Assembly: GCA_964244895.1 (NCBI GenBank)
Contig: CAXTKV010000112.1
Span: 1 to 16,898 of the forward strand
DNA: 16,898 bases
Source: an uncultured Deinococcales bacterium
GTDB lineage: Bacteria; Deinococcota; Deinococci; Deinococcales; JAAFIG01
Direction: 5' to 3'
Shown here: positions 1 to 8,219 of the stretch, one piece after another
Numbering within the stretch: the stretch's first letter is position 1
Layout: each line of letters starts with the position of its first letter
Program-made: the position numbers and the translations under genes
Notes under the pieces: model-generated
What the model was told of the DNA's origin: nothing
The model's database searches: none
What the model saw: only the letters and a program-made list of their open reading frames with translations

Positions 1-1
1 G

Positions 2-634
2 CCGACCAACACCTTCGTGGTCTCGAGCTTCGAGTACACCTCCAAGAGCGTGCCGACCTACAAGTACGATCCCGAAGCCGCCAAAAAGCTGCTGGCCAAG
101 TCCGGCTACGCGCCGGGTGCGGACGGCATCATGGTCAAGGACGGCAAGCGCCTGAGCGTGAAATTCATGACCCAGGCGGGCCGCGCCGAATACGAGACCT
201 CGCAGCAGGTGATCGCCGCCGAACTGAAGGCCATCGGTATCGAGACCGTGACCGACAACAAGTCCGGCGCGGCGCTCTCCGAAGCCCGCCGCAAGGGTGG
301 CTACGACCTGTGGTACTCGGGCTGGATCACGCCCGCCGACCCGATCGACAGCTACATCAGCTTCTACGCCACCAAGGGCTTCAACAACGGCAGCGGTTAC
401 ACCAACCCGAAAGTCGACGAGCTGCTGGACAGCGCCGCCGCGACCTTCGACCCGCCGTTGATCACGCAGTACGTGCAGCAGGCGCAGAAAATCGTCATGA
501 CCGATCTGGCCAGCTTGCCACTGTTTGAAGCCCCGTCGGTGATCGCGACCACCGACAAGCTCCAGAATTTCAAGCCCAACCCGACCAACCAGACGAACTT
601 CCGCGAGCCGAGCGGCTGGTGGCTGAAGAAGTAA
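2..634 (+). CDS. ABC transporter peptide/nickel-family substrate-binding protein (SBP_bac_5), C-terminal part; 5' end outside the window
   Basis: The frame is open from base 2 to the TAA at 632-634. YKYDPEAAKKLLAKSGY..DG..KDGKRL, L..IGI, YTNPKVDELLD and Q.IVMTDLASLPLF are typical of the DppA/OppA C-terminal half. DppB/C-type permeases follow. Confidence 0.93.
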   Translation, partial: PTNTFVVSSFEYTSKSVPTYKYDPEAAKKLLAKSGYAPGADGIMVKDGKRLSVKFMTQAGRAEYETSQQVIAAELKAIGIETVTDNKSGAALSEARRKGGYDLWYSGWITPADPIDSYISFYATKGFNNGSGYTNPKVDELLDSAAATFDPPLITQYVQQAQKIVMTDLASLPLFEAPSVIATTDKLQNFKPNPTNQTNFREPSGWWLKK

Positions 635-661
635 ATGCTCGAGGCTCGAACCGCGTTCACT

Positions 662-689
662 GTAGGGGCGCACGACGGTGCGCCCCTAC
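662..689. repeat. GTAG-type REP-like perfect palindrome (12-bp stem, 4-nt loop)
   Basis: GTAGGGGCGCAC-GACG-GTGCGCCCCTAC lies between the binding-protein and permease genes. GTAG-initiated palindromes are typical of REP / Y1-transposase-associated repeats. Confidence 0.75.
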
Positions 690-723
690 GCCTCGCGCCA
701 AATTCGCTCGAATATCTCGAGAA

Positions 724-777
724 GCGCCGTCCGGGACGGTCTTCTTGAGATAACAGAAATACCGTTCTGGACAGTCT
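724..777. repeat. Intergenic inverted-repeat element, 54-bp class (degenerate copy)
   Basis: GCGCCGTCCGGGACGGTCTT...AATACCGTTCTGGACAGTCT aligns without gaps to the copies at 7406 and 12126. Confidence 0.75.
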
Positions 778-813
778 TTTCTTTCCTCGACCCGAGAACC
801 CGAAGGTGAACGC

Positions 814-1767
814 GTGAACCTGGCCTACCTGACCCGACGCGTCATCAGCACGATCCCGTTGCTGTTGGGCGTCAGCATCATCCTGTTCACCGTGCTGCTG
901 CTCGCGCCGGGCGGCCCGACGGACGTGTACGCCGACATCCCCGGCGTGTCCGCAGAATCGCTGGCCAACCTCAAACGCGAACTGGGGCTGGATCAACCGA
1001 TCCCCGTGCAGTACCTGCGGTGGGTCAGCGCCTTCGCGCGCGGGCAGTGGGGCTTCAGCATCCGTTCGGGTCAGCCCGTGCTCGAGACGGCGCTCGAACG
1101 GATCGGGCCGACGCTGTTATTGGGCGGTACGGCCTTCGCATTGGCGCTGGTGGTCGCCTTGCCGCTCGGCGTGTTCAGCGCCCTGCGGCGGTACACGACC
1201 ATCGATTACATCTTCACGTTTTTATCGTTCCTGGGCATCTCCATGCCGATCTTCTGGCTGGCCCTGATGCTCCAGGCGTTCTTCGCGGTCAACCTGCGCA
1301 TCCTGCCATCGGCGGGCATGGAGACCATCGGCAGCGACGATTTGTGGGACAGGTTGCGCCACCTGATCCTGCCCGCCAGCATCCTGGCGGTCGCCAACAT
1401 CGCCAGTTGGGGCCGCTTCGTGCGCGCCAGCATGCTGGACGTGCTGGGCTTGGATTACGTGCGCACGGCGCGGGCCAAGGGGCTTTCAGAGCGCACCGTG
1501 ACCTACCGTCACGCGCTGCGGAACGCCCTGATTCCGGTCGTGACGATCATCGCGCTGGACTTCGCGGGCATCGTCTCGGGTGCGGTCATCACGGAAACGA
1601 TCTTCGCCTGGCCCGGCATGGGACGGTTATTCATCGAGAGCATGAACGGGCGCGATTACCCGGTGCTGATGGCTTTATTGATGATCGGATCGTTCGCGCT
1701 GGTGGTCACGAATTTGCTGACGGATCTGGTGTACGCCGCGATTGACCCACGGATCAGGTATGAGTGA
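814..1767 (+). CDS. ABC transporter permease, DppB/OppB family
   Basis: YL.RR.I..IPLLLGVS.I.F, LGLDQPIPVQYLRW, the EAA loop DYVRTARAKGLSERTV.YRHALRNALIP, and ETIFAWPGMG..RDYP..DPRIRY. Confidence 0.96.
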   Translation: MNLAYLTRRVISTIPLLLGVSIILFTVLLLAPGGPTDVYADIPGVSAESLANLKRELGLDQPIPVQYLRWVSAFARGQWGFSIRSGQPVLETALERIGPTLLLGGTAFALALVVALPLGVFSALRRYTTIDYIFTFLSFLGISMPIFWLALMLQAFFAVNLRILPSAGMETIGSDDLWDRLRHLILPASILAVANIASWGRFVRASMLDVLGLDYVRTARAKGLSERTVTYRHALRNALIPVVTIIALDFAGIVSGAVITETIFAWPGMGRLFIESMNGRDYPVLMALLMIGSFALVVTNLLTDLVYAAIDPRIRYE

Positions 1768-1773
1768 TCTAAA

Positions 1774-1818
1774 AGACCCTCCTCAACAGTGTTCTCTAGA
1801 ATGCGTGTGGGACGGTAT
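1774..1818. repeat. Intergenic inverted-repeat element, 45-bp class (degenerate copy)
   Basis: Starts 7 nt after the dppB-like stop. Its right end CGTGTGGGACGGTATTCTCGAG matches the 5720 copy (CGTGTGGGACGGTGTACTCGAG). Confidence 0.65.
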
Positions 1819-1871
1819 TCTCGAGTATTCACCATCCGTACATTCGTCAGGCTCGAAGAAAAACGAACGCC

Positions 1872-2765
1872 ATGAGTGACGCCGCGCGCAACACCGTCCG
1901 CATCGCGCAACGCAAAGCGCGGGACGAATCGTTCCTGGGGCGGGCGCTGAAACGCTTCCGCAAGCACAGGCTGGCGCAGGTCGGGCTGGTCGTGCTGATC
2001 GCGCTGGCGCTGGCCGCGGTCTTCGCGCCGTTGATCACGCCGTACAGCTTCGATGGGCAGGATCAAGCGCTCCTCGGGCAGCCAACCGCACCGGGTTTGC
2101 AGCACCTGATGGGCACGGATCAGCTCGGGCGGGACAATTTCACGCGCATCCTGTACGGGGCGCGCGTGTCGCTGGCGGTCGGCCTCTCGAGCGCGCTGAT
2201 CGCCACCTTCCTGGGCGTGCTGATCGGGGCGCTGTCGGGCTTCTACGGCGGCTGGGTGGATTCGGCGCTGATGCGTTTCACGGACGTGGTGCTGTCCATT
2301 CCGCTCTTGCCGTTGGTGATCACGCTCTCCGGGTTTTTGCGACCATCGCTGCCCTTGCTGGTCGTGATCATCGGCATTCTGGGCTGGATGGGTACGGCGC
2401 GGCTGGTGCGCGGGCAGTTTTTATCGTTGCGCGCCTTGGAGTACGTCGAGGCGTCCCGCGCGCTGGGCAGCGGCAACGCCCGGATCATGTTCCGCCACAT
2501 CCTGCCCAACGTCGTCGGCCCGATCATCGTCAGCACCACGCTGGCGGTTGGCAGCGCCATCATCCTCGAGAGCGCCCTGTCCTTTTTCGGCCTGGGCGTG
2601 CAACCGCCCACGCCGACCTGGGGCAATTTGCTGACCGGCTCGAGCGATTACCTCGAGACCGCGCCGTGGCTGGCGGCCTTTCCGGGCTTGTTCATTTTGA
2701 TCACGGTGCTGAGCGTGAATTTTCTGGGGGACGGGTTACGCGACGCGCTCGACCCAAGGTTGTAA
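1872..2765 (+). CDS. ABC transporter permease, DppC/OppC family
   Basis: RFRKHRLA, HLMGTDQLGRD.FTRILYGARVSL, EYVEASRALG..RIMFRHILPN, ESALSFFGLG.QPPTPTWG and NFLGDGLRDALDPR. Confidence 0.96.
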   Translation: MSDAARNTVRIAQRKARDESFLGRALKRFRKHRLAQVGLVVLIALALAAVFAPLITPYSFDGQDQALLGQPTAPGLQHLMGTDQLGRDNFTRILYGARVSLAVGLSSALIATFLGVLIGALSGFYGGWVDSALMRFTDVVLSIPLLPLVITLSGFLRPSLPLLVVIIGILGWMGTARLVRGQFLSLRALEYVEASRALGSGNARIMFRHILPNVVGPIIVSTTLAVGSAIILESALSFFGLGVQPPTPTWGNLLTGSSDYLETAPWLAAFPGLFILITVLSVNFLGDGLRDALDPRL

Positions 2766-2783
2766 AAAGGTAAAGTACTAATC

Positions 2784-3329
2784 ATGATTACCTATGAAGA
2801 AGCCTACAATATTGCGTTGTCTCGTATAATTTCTAATTGCGAAATCGCTAAGGATTTGATTCTCGAGAAACCTTATGGTTGGTATTTTCGTGAACAGACT
2901 AAAGAATATTCACAAACTCGAGATATTCGCCATATTTTGAGAGGAGGAGAATCGTTTATTGTTGAAAGAGAGGATGGTCGAATCGTAAGTTTTAACTCTG
3001 CGTTTGGCCTTGAAAATAATCTTAGATATTATGAAGAAGGCTTTAAACATAAGATATATGATTTAGTTAATGAAAAAAATTATGATTTCGAAGCAACGGT
3101 GCAGTTTCTTATAGTTCTGCAATTAATTCATCATGATTTTAGATTGATCGAAAAGAAGTTAATACACGTACTCACCTCACAGGGTTCAAAGGAAATGGAT
3201 GAGATTTTAAGCTCTTTGCCTTATACCTTTTCTAAAAAGAGACTTTATTTTGCTTATCCTCATTTGCTCGAGATGAAATATTCCAATTGGTTCGATTACC
3301 GTCTGATCGGATACGACGAAAGCGAGTGA
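2784..3329 (+). CDS. AT-rich hypothetical protein with N-terminal YrhB/Imm35-like (putative immunity) domain
   Basis: GC content drops sharply (about one third by eye). The N-terminal pattern MITYEEA..IA...EKPYGWYF..QTKEY..T.D....L.G...FIVEREDG resembles YrhB/Imm35. Recognised by eye, not searched. Confidence 0.65.
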   Translation: MITYEEAYNIALSRIISNCEIAKDLILEKPYGWYFREQTKEYSQTRDIRHILRGGESFIVEREDGRIVSFNSAFGLENNLRYYEEGFKHKIYDLVNEKNYDFEATVQFLIVLQLIHHDFRLIEKKLIHVLTSQGSKEMDEILSSLPYTFSKKRLYFAYPHLLEMKYSNWFDYRLIGYDESE

Positions 3330-3333
3330 ATAC

Positions 3334-4434
3334 ATGAAAGTCACCATCATCGGTGCTGGCGCAATCGGCGGGCTGGCGGGCACGTACATGACCAAAGCGG
3401 GCTACGACGTGACGCTGGTGGATCAGTGGGCGGAACACGTGGACGCCATCAACCACAAGGGCATGTTCATCGACGGCATTCGCGGCGAGATGACCATCCC
3501 GGCTCGAGCCGTCACGCCAGATCAGTTGGCGGCGCACGTTCAATCTCACGGCCCGCTCGAGGCCGTACTGATCGCTACGAAATCGCAGCACACGGCGGGC
3601 GCGGTGCAGCAGATCATTCCGTTGATGACGGCTGAGACCTTCATCGTCTCGTACCAGAACGGCTTCAACGAACCGATGATCGCGGCCATGCTGACCGAAG
3701 CGGGTCTGGGCGGCAATGAGCGCGTGATCGGTTCGATCCCGAATTACGGCGGTGCGCTGGTCGATCCGGGCTACCTCGAGTTCGTGCACGAGGGGCCGAT
3801 CCAACTCGGCGAGATGAGCACATCGGAGTTCACGCCGCGATTGCTCGACCTTGCGAAGATGCTGGAATCCTTGACCAACGTGCAGCTTTCTCCGAATATC
3901 TGGGGTCAGATCTGGGCGAAGGAGGTCTATTCGCAGCAGGTGATCTTCAGCGCGCTGGCCGACGCCAGAATCAGCGAAACGCTCGGCGTGGAACGCTACG
4001 CGCGCGTGGCGGGCGCGTGCGTGCGCGAGGCGCTCGAGATCGCGGAGGCCAACGGCATCAGCGTGGAAGCCTTCGATTTCTTCGACCCGGCCAATTACAA
4101 ACCGAAGACGCCAGCGGACACGCAGAAGTTGATCGACAACATCAACCACGCGATCTGGTTGCTGAAAAAAGACCAGAAGCCGCAGCAGCACCAGTTCAAG
4201 AAGAAGGGTTCCGGCATCTGGTGGGACATCGTGTACCGCAAGCGCCCCAGCGAAGTCGGTTCGATGGCCAGCGAACTGGTCGGCTACGGCAAGAGCGCCG
4301 GTGCGGACACGCGCCTTGCAGAAAAACTGGCGGGCATGATCCTGGAAATCGAGCGCGGCGAACGCGAGCTGGGCTTTCACAACTACGACGAACTCGAGGC
4401 GTACGTCAAAAGCATCGGAAAGGAATTGCCGTGA
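3334..4434 (+). CDS. Ketopantoate reductase (ApbA/PanE)-family NAD(P)-dependent reductase, divergent
   Basis: MKVTIIGAGAIGG Rossmann motif, LIATKS, SYQNG, IWGQIWAK (catalytic Lys position) and RPSE (catalytic Glu position). Confidence 0.88.
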   Translation: MKVTIIGAGAIGGLAGTYMTKAGYDVTLVDQWAEHVDAINHKGMFIDGIRGEMTIPARAVTPDQLAAHVQSHGPLEAVLIATKSQHTAGAVQQIIPLMTAETFIVSYQNGFNEPMIAAMLTEAGLGGNERVIGSIPNYGGALVDPGYLEFVHEGPIQLGEMSTSEFTPRLLDLAKMLESLTNVQLSPNIWGQIWAKEVYSQQVIFSALADARISETLGVERYARVAGACVREALEIAEANGISVEAFDFFDPANYKPKTPADTQKLIDNINHAIWLLKKDQKPQQHQFKKKGSGIWWDIVYRKRPSEVGSMASELVGYGKSAGADTRLAEKLAGMILEIERGERELGFHNYDELEAYVKSIGKELP

Positions 4435-4442
4435 ATACGGGA

Positions 4443-4496
4443 ACACCGTCTGACACAGCGTTTTTTGAATCTGGGGAATACCGTTCAGGACGGTCT
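4443..4496. repeat. Intergenic inverted-repeat element, 54-bp class
   Basis: ACACCGTCTGACACAGCG...GAATACCGTTCAGGACGGTCT, starting 9 nt after the stop at 4434. Confidence 0.8.
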
Positions 4497-4582
4497 CCTC
4501 TGAGCGCTCGCCCTCGAGCCTTCGATTTTTTGTGGGTGGTGAGGCTCGAGATTGCTCGAGTCTCGAGCGGCGCGGTGATCTC

Positions 4583-5716
4583 GTGAGCGGCACCAAACGC
4601 TTGGGGGTCGGCGTGATCGGGGCGCACGCCTGGGCACAGAAAGCGCACCTGCCGGGGTACGCGGCCTACGAACGCGCGCGGTTGGTGGCGATCTGCGATG
4701 TCGTGCCATCGCGCGCGCGCGCGATGGCGGATCAGTTCGGCATCGAGAAGGTCTACGAGAACGCGCAGGACCTGATCGACGACCCGGACGTGGAGATGGT
4801 CGATGTCTGCACGCCCACCGACACGCACCTGCCGTTGTCGCTGGCGGCGATTGCAGCGGGCAAGCACGTGCTTTCGGAAAAGCCGCTGGCTCGGGATGCC
4901 GCCAGCGCGTTCATGGCGTCCAGGGCGGCGGAAGCCAAGGGCGTGCGCACCAAGCTGGGCTTCACGTTCCGGTATTCGCCCGCGATCCGGCAGATTCACG
5001 CCTGGATTCACGACGGCACGCTGGGCGACGTGTACCACGTTCACGGTCTCGAGCAGAACTCGCAGTGGTTGAACCCGAACGAACCCTTGCGGCAGGTGCC
5101 GGAGGGCGCGGACTGGAACGCGCTGATCCCCTCGAGCATCGTCGGTTACGGCTCACACTTGCTGGATCTGGTGCGCTGGTGCGCTGGTGAATATAAATCC
5201 GTGGCGTCCACGATGAAGAACTTCGTGCCGCGACGGATCGTGCGGGGGTTTGAAGGCATGCAGAACATCCAGGTCGAGGACGGTGCGGTGGCGATCGCAG
5301 AGTTTGAATCCGGCGCGCACGGCATGTTGCAAACCTCATACATCGCGGTGGGAAATTATCCGGGCGTGGAGTTGCGCGTCTACGGCTCGAAGGGCGCGGC
5401 GGTGGCGCGGCTGGTGACGGAGTTCGGCGTGGCCGAGACCCTCCATTTCGCCACGCCGGACGACGTGGAATTCAGAAAAATAGAGTTGCCGCAGAGCGCC
5501 TTTCCGCCCGGCACGGACTTGCACACGCCCTGGCCGGAGCTGTATTACCGCAACCTGGTGCGGCACTTCGTGGACGAGATCGTGGACGGCGCACCGCAGG
5601 AATGTACCTTTTACGACGGCGCGAAAAGCCAGGAGGTCGTGGACGCGATCGTGCAGGCGCACTTCGAGCGGCGCTGGGTGGATTTGCCGCTCTACCCGGA
5701 AGAACGCCGGGGATGA
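4583..5716 (+). CDS. Gfo/Idh/MocA family oxidoreductase
   Basis: RLGVGVIGA, V.ICD, DPDVEMVDVCTPTDTH, GKHVLSEKPLA, GFTFRYSP, GSHLLDL and TFYDG. Start set at the GTG at 4583, just before the Rossmann strand; the 17 upstream codons of the ORF call look non-coding. Confidence 0.93.
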   Translation: MSGTKRLGVGVIGAHAWAQKAHLPGYAAYERARLVAICDVVPSRARAMADQFGIEKVYENAQDLIDDPDVEMVDVCTPTDTHLPLSLAAIAAGKHVLSEKPLARDAASAFMASRAAEAKGVRTKLGFTFRYSPAIRQIHAWIHDGTLGDVYHVHGLEQNSQWLNPNEPLRQVPEGADWNALIPSSIVGYGSHLLDLVRWCAGEYKSVASTMKNFVPRRIVRGFEGMQNIQVEDGAVAIAEFESGAHGMLQTSYIAVGNYPGVELRVYGSKGAAVARLVTEFGVAETLHFATPDDVEFRKIELPQSAFPPGTDLHTPWPELYYRNLVRHFVDEIVDGAPQECTFYDGAKSQEVVDAIVQAHFERRWVDLPLYPEERRG

Positions 5717-5719
5717 AGA

Positions 5720-5764
5720 ACACCGTGCTGGACGTACCCTCGAGCACACCGTGTGGGACGGTGT
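5720..5764. repeat. Intergenic inverted-repeat element, 45-bp class
   Basis: ACACCGTGCTGGACG..CACACCGTGTGGGACGGTGT, 4 nt after the stop. It overlaps the hairpin CTCGAGCACACCGT-GTGGG-ACGGTGTACTCGAG (5739-5771, 13/14 paired). Confidence 0.8.
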
Positions 5765-5792
5765 ACTCGAGGCTCGAGGAGGGTTCTAAGCC

Positions 5793-7403
5793 GTGACGCT
5801 CGAGGCGTTGGTCGATCAATTCCTGGCGCTGCACCAGAGTTTTCATCCGGTGGACGCCACCTTCATGGGCCTGGACGGTCACGATCACCGTTTGCCGACC
5901 GCAGAACCGGGCGCGGTCAGGCGTGAACTCGAGGCGTTGTGGAATCTCGAGGTCGCGATCGAACAGGTTGAACCGGAGCAGTCGAGCCAGTCGCGGCTCG
6001 AGGCCAGAAGCTTGCGCTCGCAGGTGCGCGTCGCGATCCGCGAACTCGAGGAGCGCCCGCGCTACAGAAATCCGGCGTGGTACACGGGCGAAACGGCCTT
6101 CGGGATGATCTCCTTGCTGCTGCCGAGCGACCCGCCGCGCGGCGCGGACGATCTGCGCCAGCGGCTCGAGGCGATCCCGGCCTTCCTGGCCGATGGCGAA
6201 CGCTGGCTGACGGGTCAGGCGATTCCCACCGACTGGGTCGGGCGCGCGAAGCAGGAATGCGAGGCGATCGTCGCGCTGTTGGAGCGCGGTTTGCGATTGC
6301 ACGAACTCTGGTCGGATCGGCTCGAGAAACCCGCCCAGAGCGCGATCCGGGCCGTGCGCGCGTTCTCGGAACGTCTGGAGAATCGCGCCGATGCTGACCC
6401 CCGATCCGGCGAGGCGCACCTGGAATTCCTGATGCGCGAGGCGCACGGTCTGCCCTATTCGGCTGCCGAGGCCGAGGCCATCGCGCTCGAGGATTTCGAG
6501 ACGGCGCGCTCGCAACTCGAGCGCATGGCGGCGCAACTGGATTCGTCTCGGGACTGGCGCGCGCAACTGGCGGACATGGAACTCGATCACCCCAGCCTGG
6601 AGGACGTGATTCCGACCTACGAGCGCTGGAACGACCGCGCGCTCGAGGCCGCAGACGCGTTCGGGTTGGTGACGCCCGCACGCGAGTACGGTCTGAATTT
6701 TCGCACGCTGCCCGACTGGGCTCGAGAGGTCGCGGGGGCGCTGTACTTTTTGTTCTACCGTTCGCCCGCCGCTGGGCGGCCATCCGTGGGCAGCCCGTAC
6801 TGGGTCTTCCCGCCGGGTCAGGACGCGAGCGCGTACCTGCGCGCGCAGAACACGTCCGCGATCAAGATCACGCACGCCGTTCACCACGGCAGCATCGGGC
6901 ATCACACGCAGAACGCGCGGGCGAGGGCATCGCGGGTCAGGCTGGGGCAACTGGCGGGCACGGATTGCGCCTCGGGAATCGCCATGCTCTCCGGCGGCAC
7001 GATGATCGAAGGTTGGGCGTGCTACGTGCAGGATCTGATGCTCGAGGCCGAAGGGTTTTACACGCCGCAGGAGCGCGTGCTCTTGAAGCAATACGAGTTA
7101 CGAAACGCCGCCATGTGCCTGGGCGACATCCGTCTGCACCGGGGCGCGTGGAGTTTAGGGCAGTTGCGAGACTTCTACCGGGATGAAGTCGGGGTTGCAA
7201 CCGGGCGACTGTGGGCGGAAACGACCCGAAATTCGATCTACCCGGCGACCCGGCTGATGTACTGGCTGGGCACGAAGGAGATCAAACGGCTCCGGCTCGA
7301 GTTGGGTGGGAACCCCAGGGATTTCCACGATTCATTGCTGTCCTTCGGATCGGTTCCGGTTCACTGGGTCGCGGACGAGTTGCGCACTCGGGGAACGGGT
7401 TAG
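5793..7403 (+). CDS. DUF885 family protein (putative metallo-hydrolase fold)
   Basis: PVDATFMG..GHDHRLP, RLEAIPAFL, HHGSIGHHTQ, IEGWACY, DIRLH and Y.LG..EI.RL..RDFHD.LLSFGSVP match DUF885 motifs. Confidence 0.85.
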   Translation: MTLEALVDQFLALHQSFHPVDATFMGLDGHDHRLPTAEPGAVRRELEALWNLEVAIEQVEPEQSSQSRLEARSLRSQVRVAIRELEERPRYRNPAWYTGETAFGMISLLLPSDPPRGADDLRQRLEAIPAFLADGERWLTGQAIPTDWVGRAKQECEAIVALLERGLRLHELWSDRLEKPAQSAIRAVRAFSERLENRADADPRSGEAHLEFLMREAHGLPYSAAEAEAIALEDFETARSQLERMAAQLDSSRDWRAQLADMELDHPSLEDVIPTYERWNDRALEAADAFGLVTPAREYGLNFRTLPDWAREVAGALYFLFYRSPAAGRPSVGSPYWVFPPGQDASAYLRAQNTSAIKITHAVHHGSIGHHTQNARARASRVRLGQLAGTDCASGIAMLSGGTMIEGWACYVQDLMLEAEGFYTPQERVLLKQYELRNAAMCLGDIRLHRGAWSLGQLRDFYRDEVGVATGRLWAETTRNSIYPATRLMYWLGTKEIKRLRLELGGNPRDFHDSLLSFGSVPVHWVADELRTRGTG

Positions 7404-7405
7404 GG

Positions 7406-7459
7406 ACACCGTCCGGCACGCGAATTTCAGAGGTTAAAGAACACCGTTCTGGACGGTGT
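7406..7459. repeat. Intergenic inverted-repeat element, 54-bp class
   Basis: 7403-7463 matches the reverse complement of 12122-12182 at 50/61 positions without gaps (manual alignment). It abuts the DUF885 stop codon. Confidence 0.9.
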
Positions 7460-7612
7460 TCTCGTCGTTGTCGCAGCTCACGGAGGCTGACGCGAGCATT
7501 GGCCACGAGCGTTCGAGCCTGCGGCTCGAGCAGAACGATTCCCCGATCGCTCCACCGCCCAGAACCACGCGCTGAGACCAGTCCCTCGAGAACCCCACCG
7601 TTCTGAATCTGG

Positions 7613-7640
7613 CACCACCGAATCCTCGGCGGTGTTTTTT
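7613..7640 (+). terminator. Probable intrinsic terminator closing the catabolic operon
   Basis: CACCACCG-AATCCT-CGGCGGTG stem (one mismatch) followed by TTTTTT. Confidence 0.6.
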
Positions 7641-7656
7641 GTGGCCTAAACCCGAG

Positions 7657-7700
7657 ACACCGTCCTGCACGCATTTATCAATCTGCGTGCAGGACGGTGT
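7657..7700. repeat. Intergenic inverted-repeat element, 44-bp class (perfect 17-bp arms)
   Basis: ACACCGTCCTGCACGCA-TTTATCAATC-TGCGTGCAGGACGGTGT. Confidence 0.9.
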
Positions 7701-7855
7701 TCTTGAGCCATCTCGAGGCGCGCCCGGGTGCCGAATCGAACTGCTGAGAACGCGTCCGGCGCGCCTTCAGGTGCGTTTCCCAGCTCCTTCCCTGAGCGCT
7801 CCCAAAGCTGGGCGCATCCTGCCCGCGCCTTTCAGCGCGGGACTGGTTTCGAATT

Positions 7856-7892
7856 TTTGACCAGTATTTGACCAGGCGGGGCCGAGCCTGAT
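7856..7892 (+). promoter_or_regulatory. Putative activator-dependent promoter: TTTGACCA direct repeats with 11-bp period plus a -10-like element (copy 1)
   Basis: TTTGACCA at 7856-7863 and 7867-7874, then 8 nt, then CGAGCCTGAT. The same layout occurs at 10799-10835. Confidence 0.65.
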
Positions 7893-8100
7893 CGCGGGTC
7901 AGGACGAAGGGGGAATCGGACGTGAATTCACCAGATCAGGTTCCAAGCGCGCAATCCCACGCATCTCTCAAGATCCCGAAAGAAGACCCGATGCGCACCA
8001 GCCAGGTGTTTAGCGCACCGTCCAGCGCGACGCTGTCGAGGTCGTGCATCGCCCACCTCCAGGGCGCAGATTGCAGGCTCGAGTTGAGGCTGGACGCCAC

Positions 8101-8153
8101 TTCTTGATCCAAGAAAACACCGTTCTTGATCAACAGATAGCACTTTCTTGATC
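8101..8153 (+). repeat. Three TTCTTGATC direct repeats with exact 22-bp period (possible operator)
   Basis: Copies at 8101, 8123 and 8145. The first extends into the palindrome TTCTTG-ATC-CAAGAA. The array ends about 65 nt upstream of the ATG at 8220. Confidence 0.6.
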
Positions 8154-8219
8154 CCAAGACGCACCTACCGGGCTACTCGCGCTTCAGAACCGTCCATTCA
8201 AAACCGAAAGGAGGAACCG

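Noticed and set aside
3334..4434. Gene symbol panE
   Set aside because: Family membership is clear, but the substrate-site motifs and gene context differ from true ketopantoate reductases.
7464..7845. Possible structured ncRNA or riboswitch (hairpins at about 7513-7529, 7779-7812 and 7822-7841)
   Set aside because: Short GC-rich stems are expected by chance here and I recognise no riboswitch consensus. An Rfam/Infernal search would be needed.
7922..8107. 61-aa ORF just downstream of promoter copy 1
   Set aside because: It has a purine-rich stretch upstream but no recognisable motif and contains a half repeat unit at 8016-8029. It may be a leader or gene remnant, but I cannot support it as a CDS.
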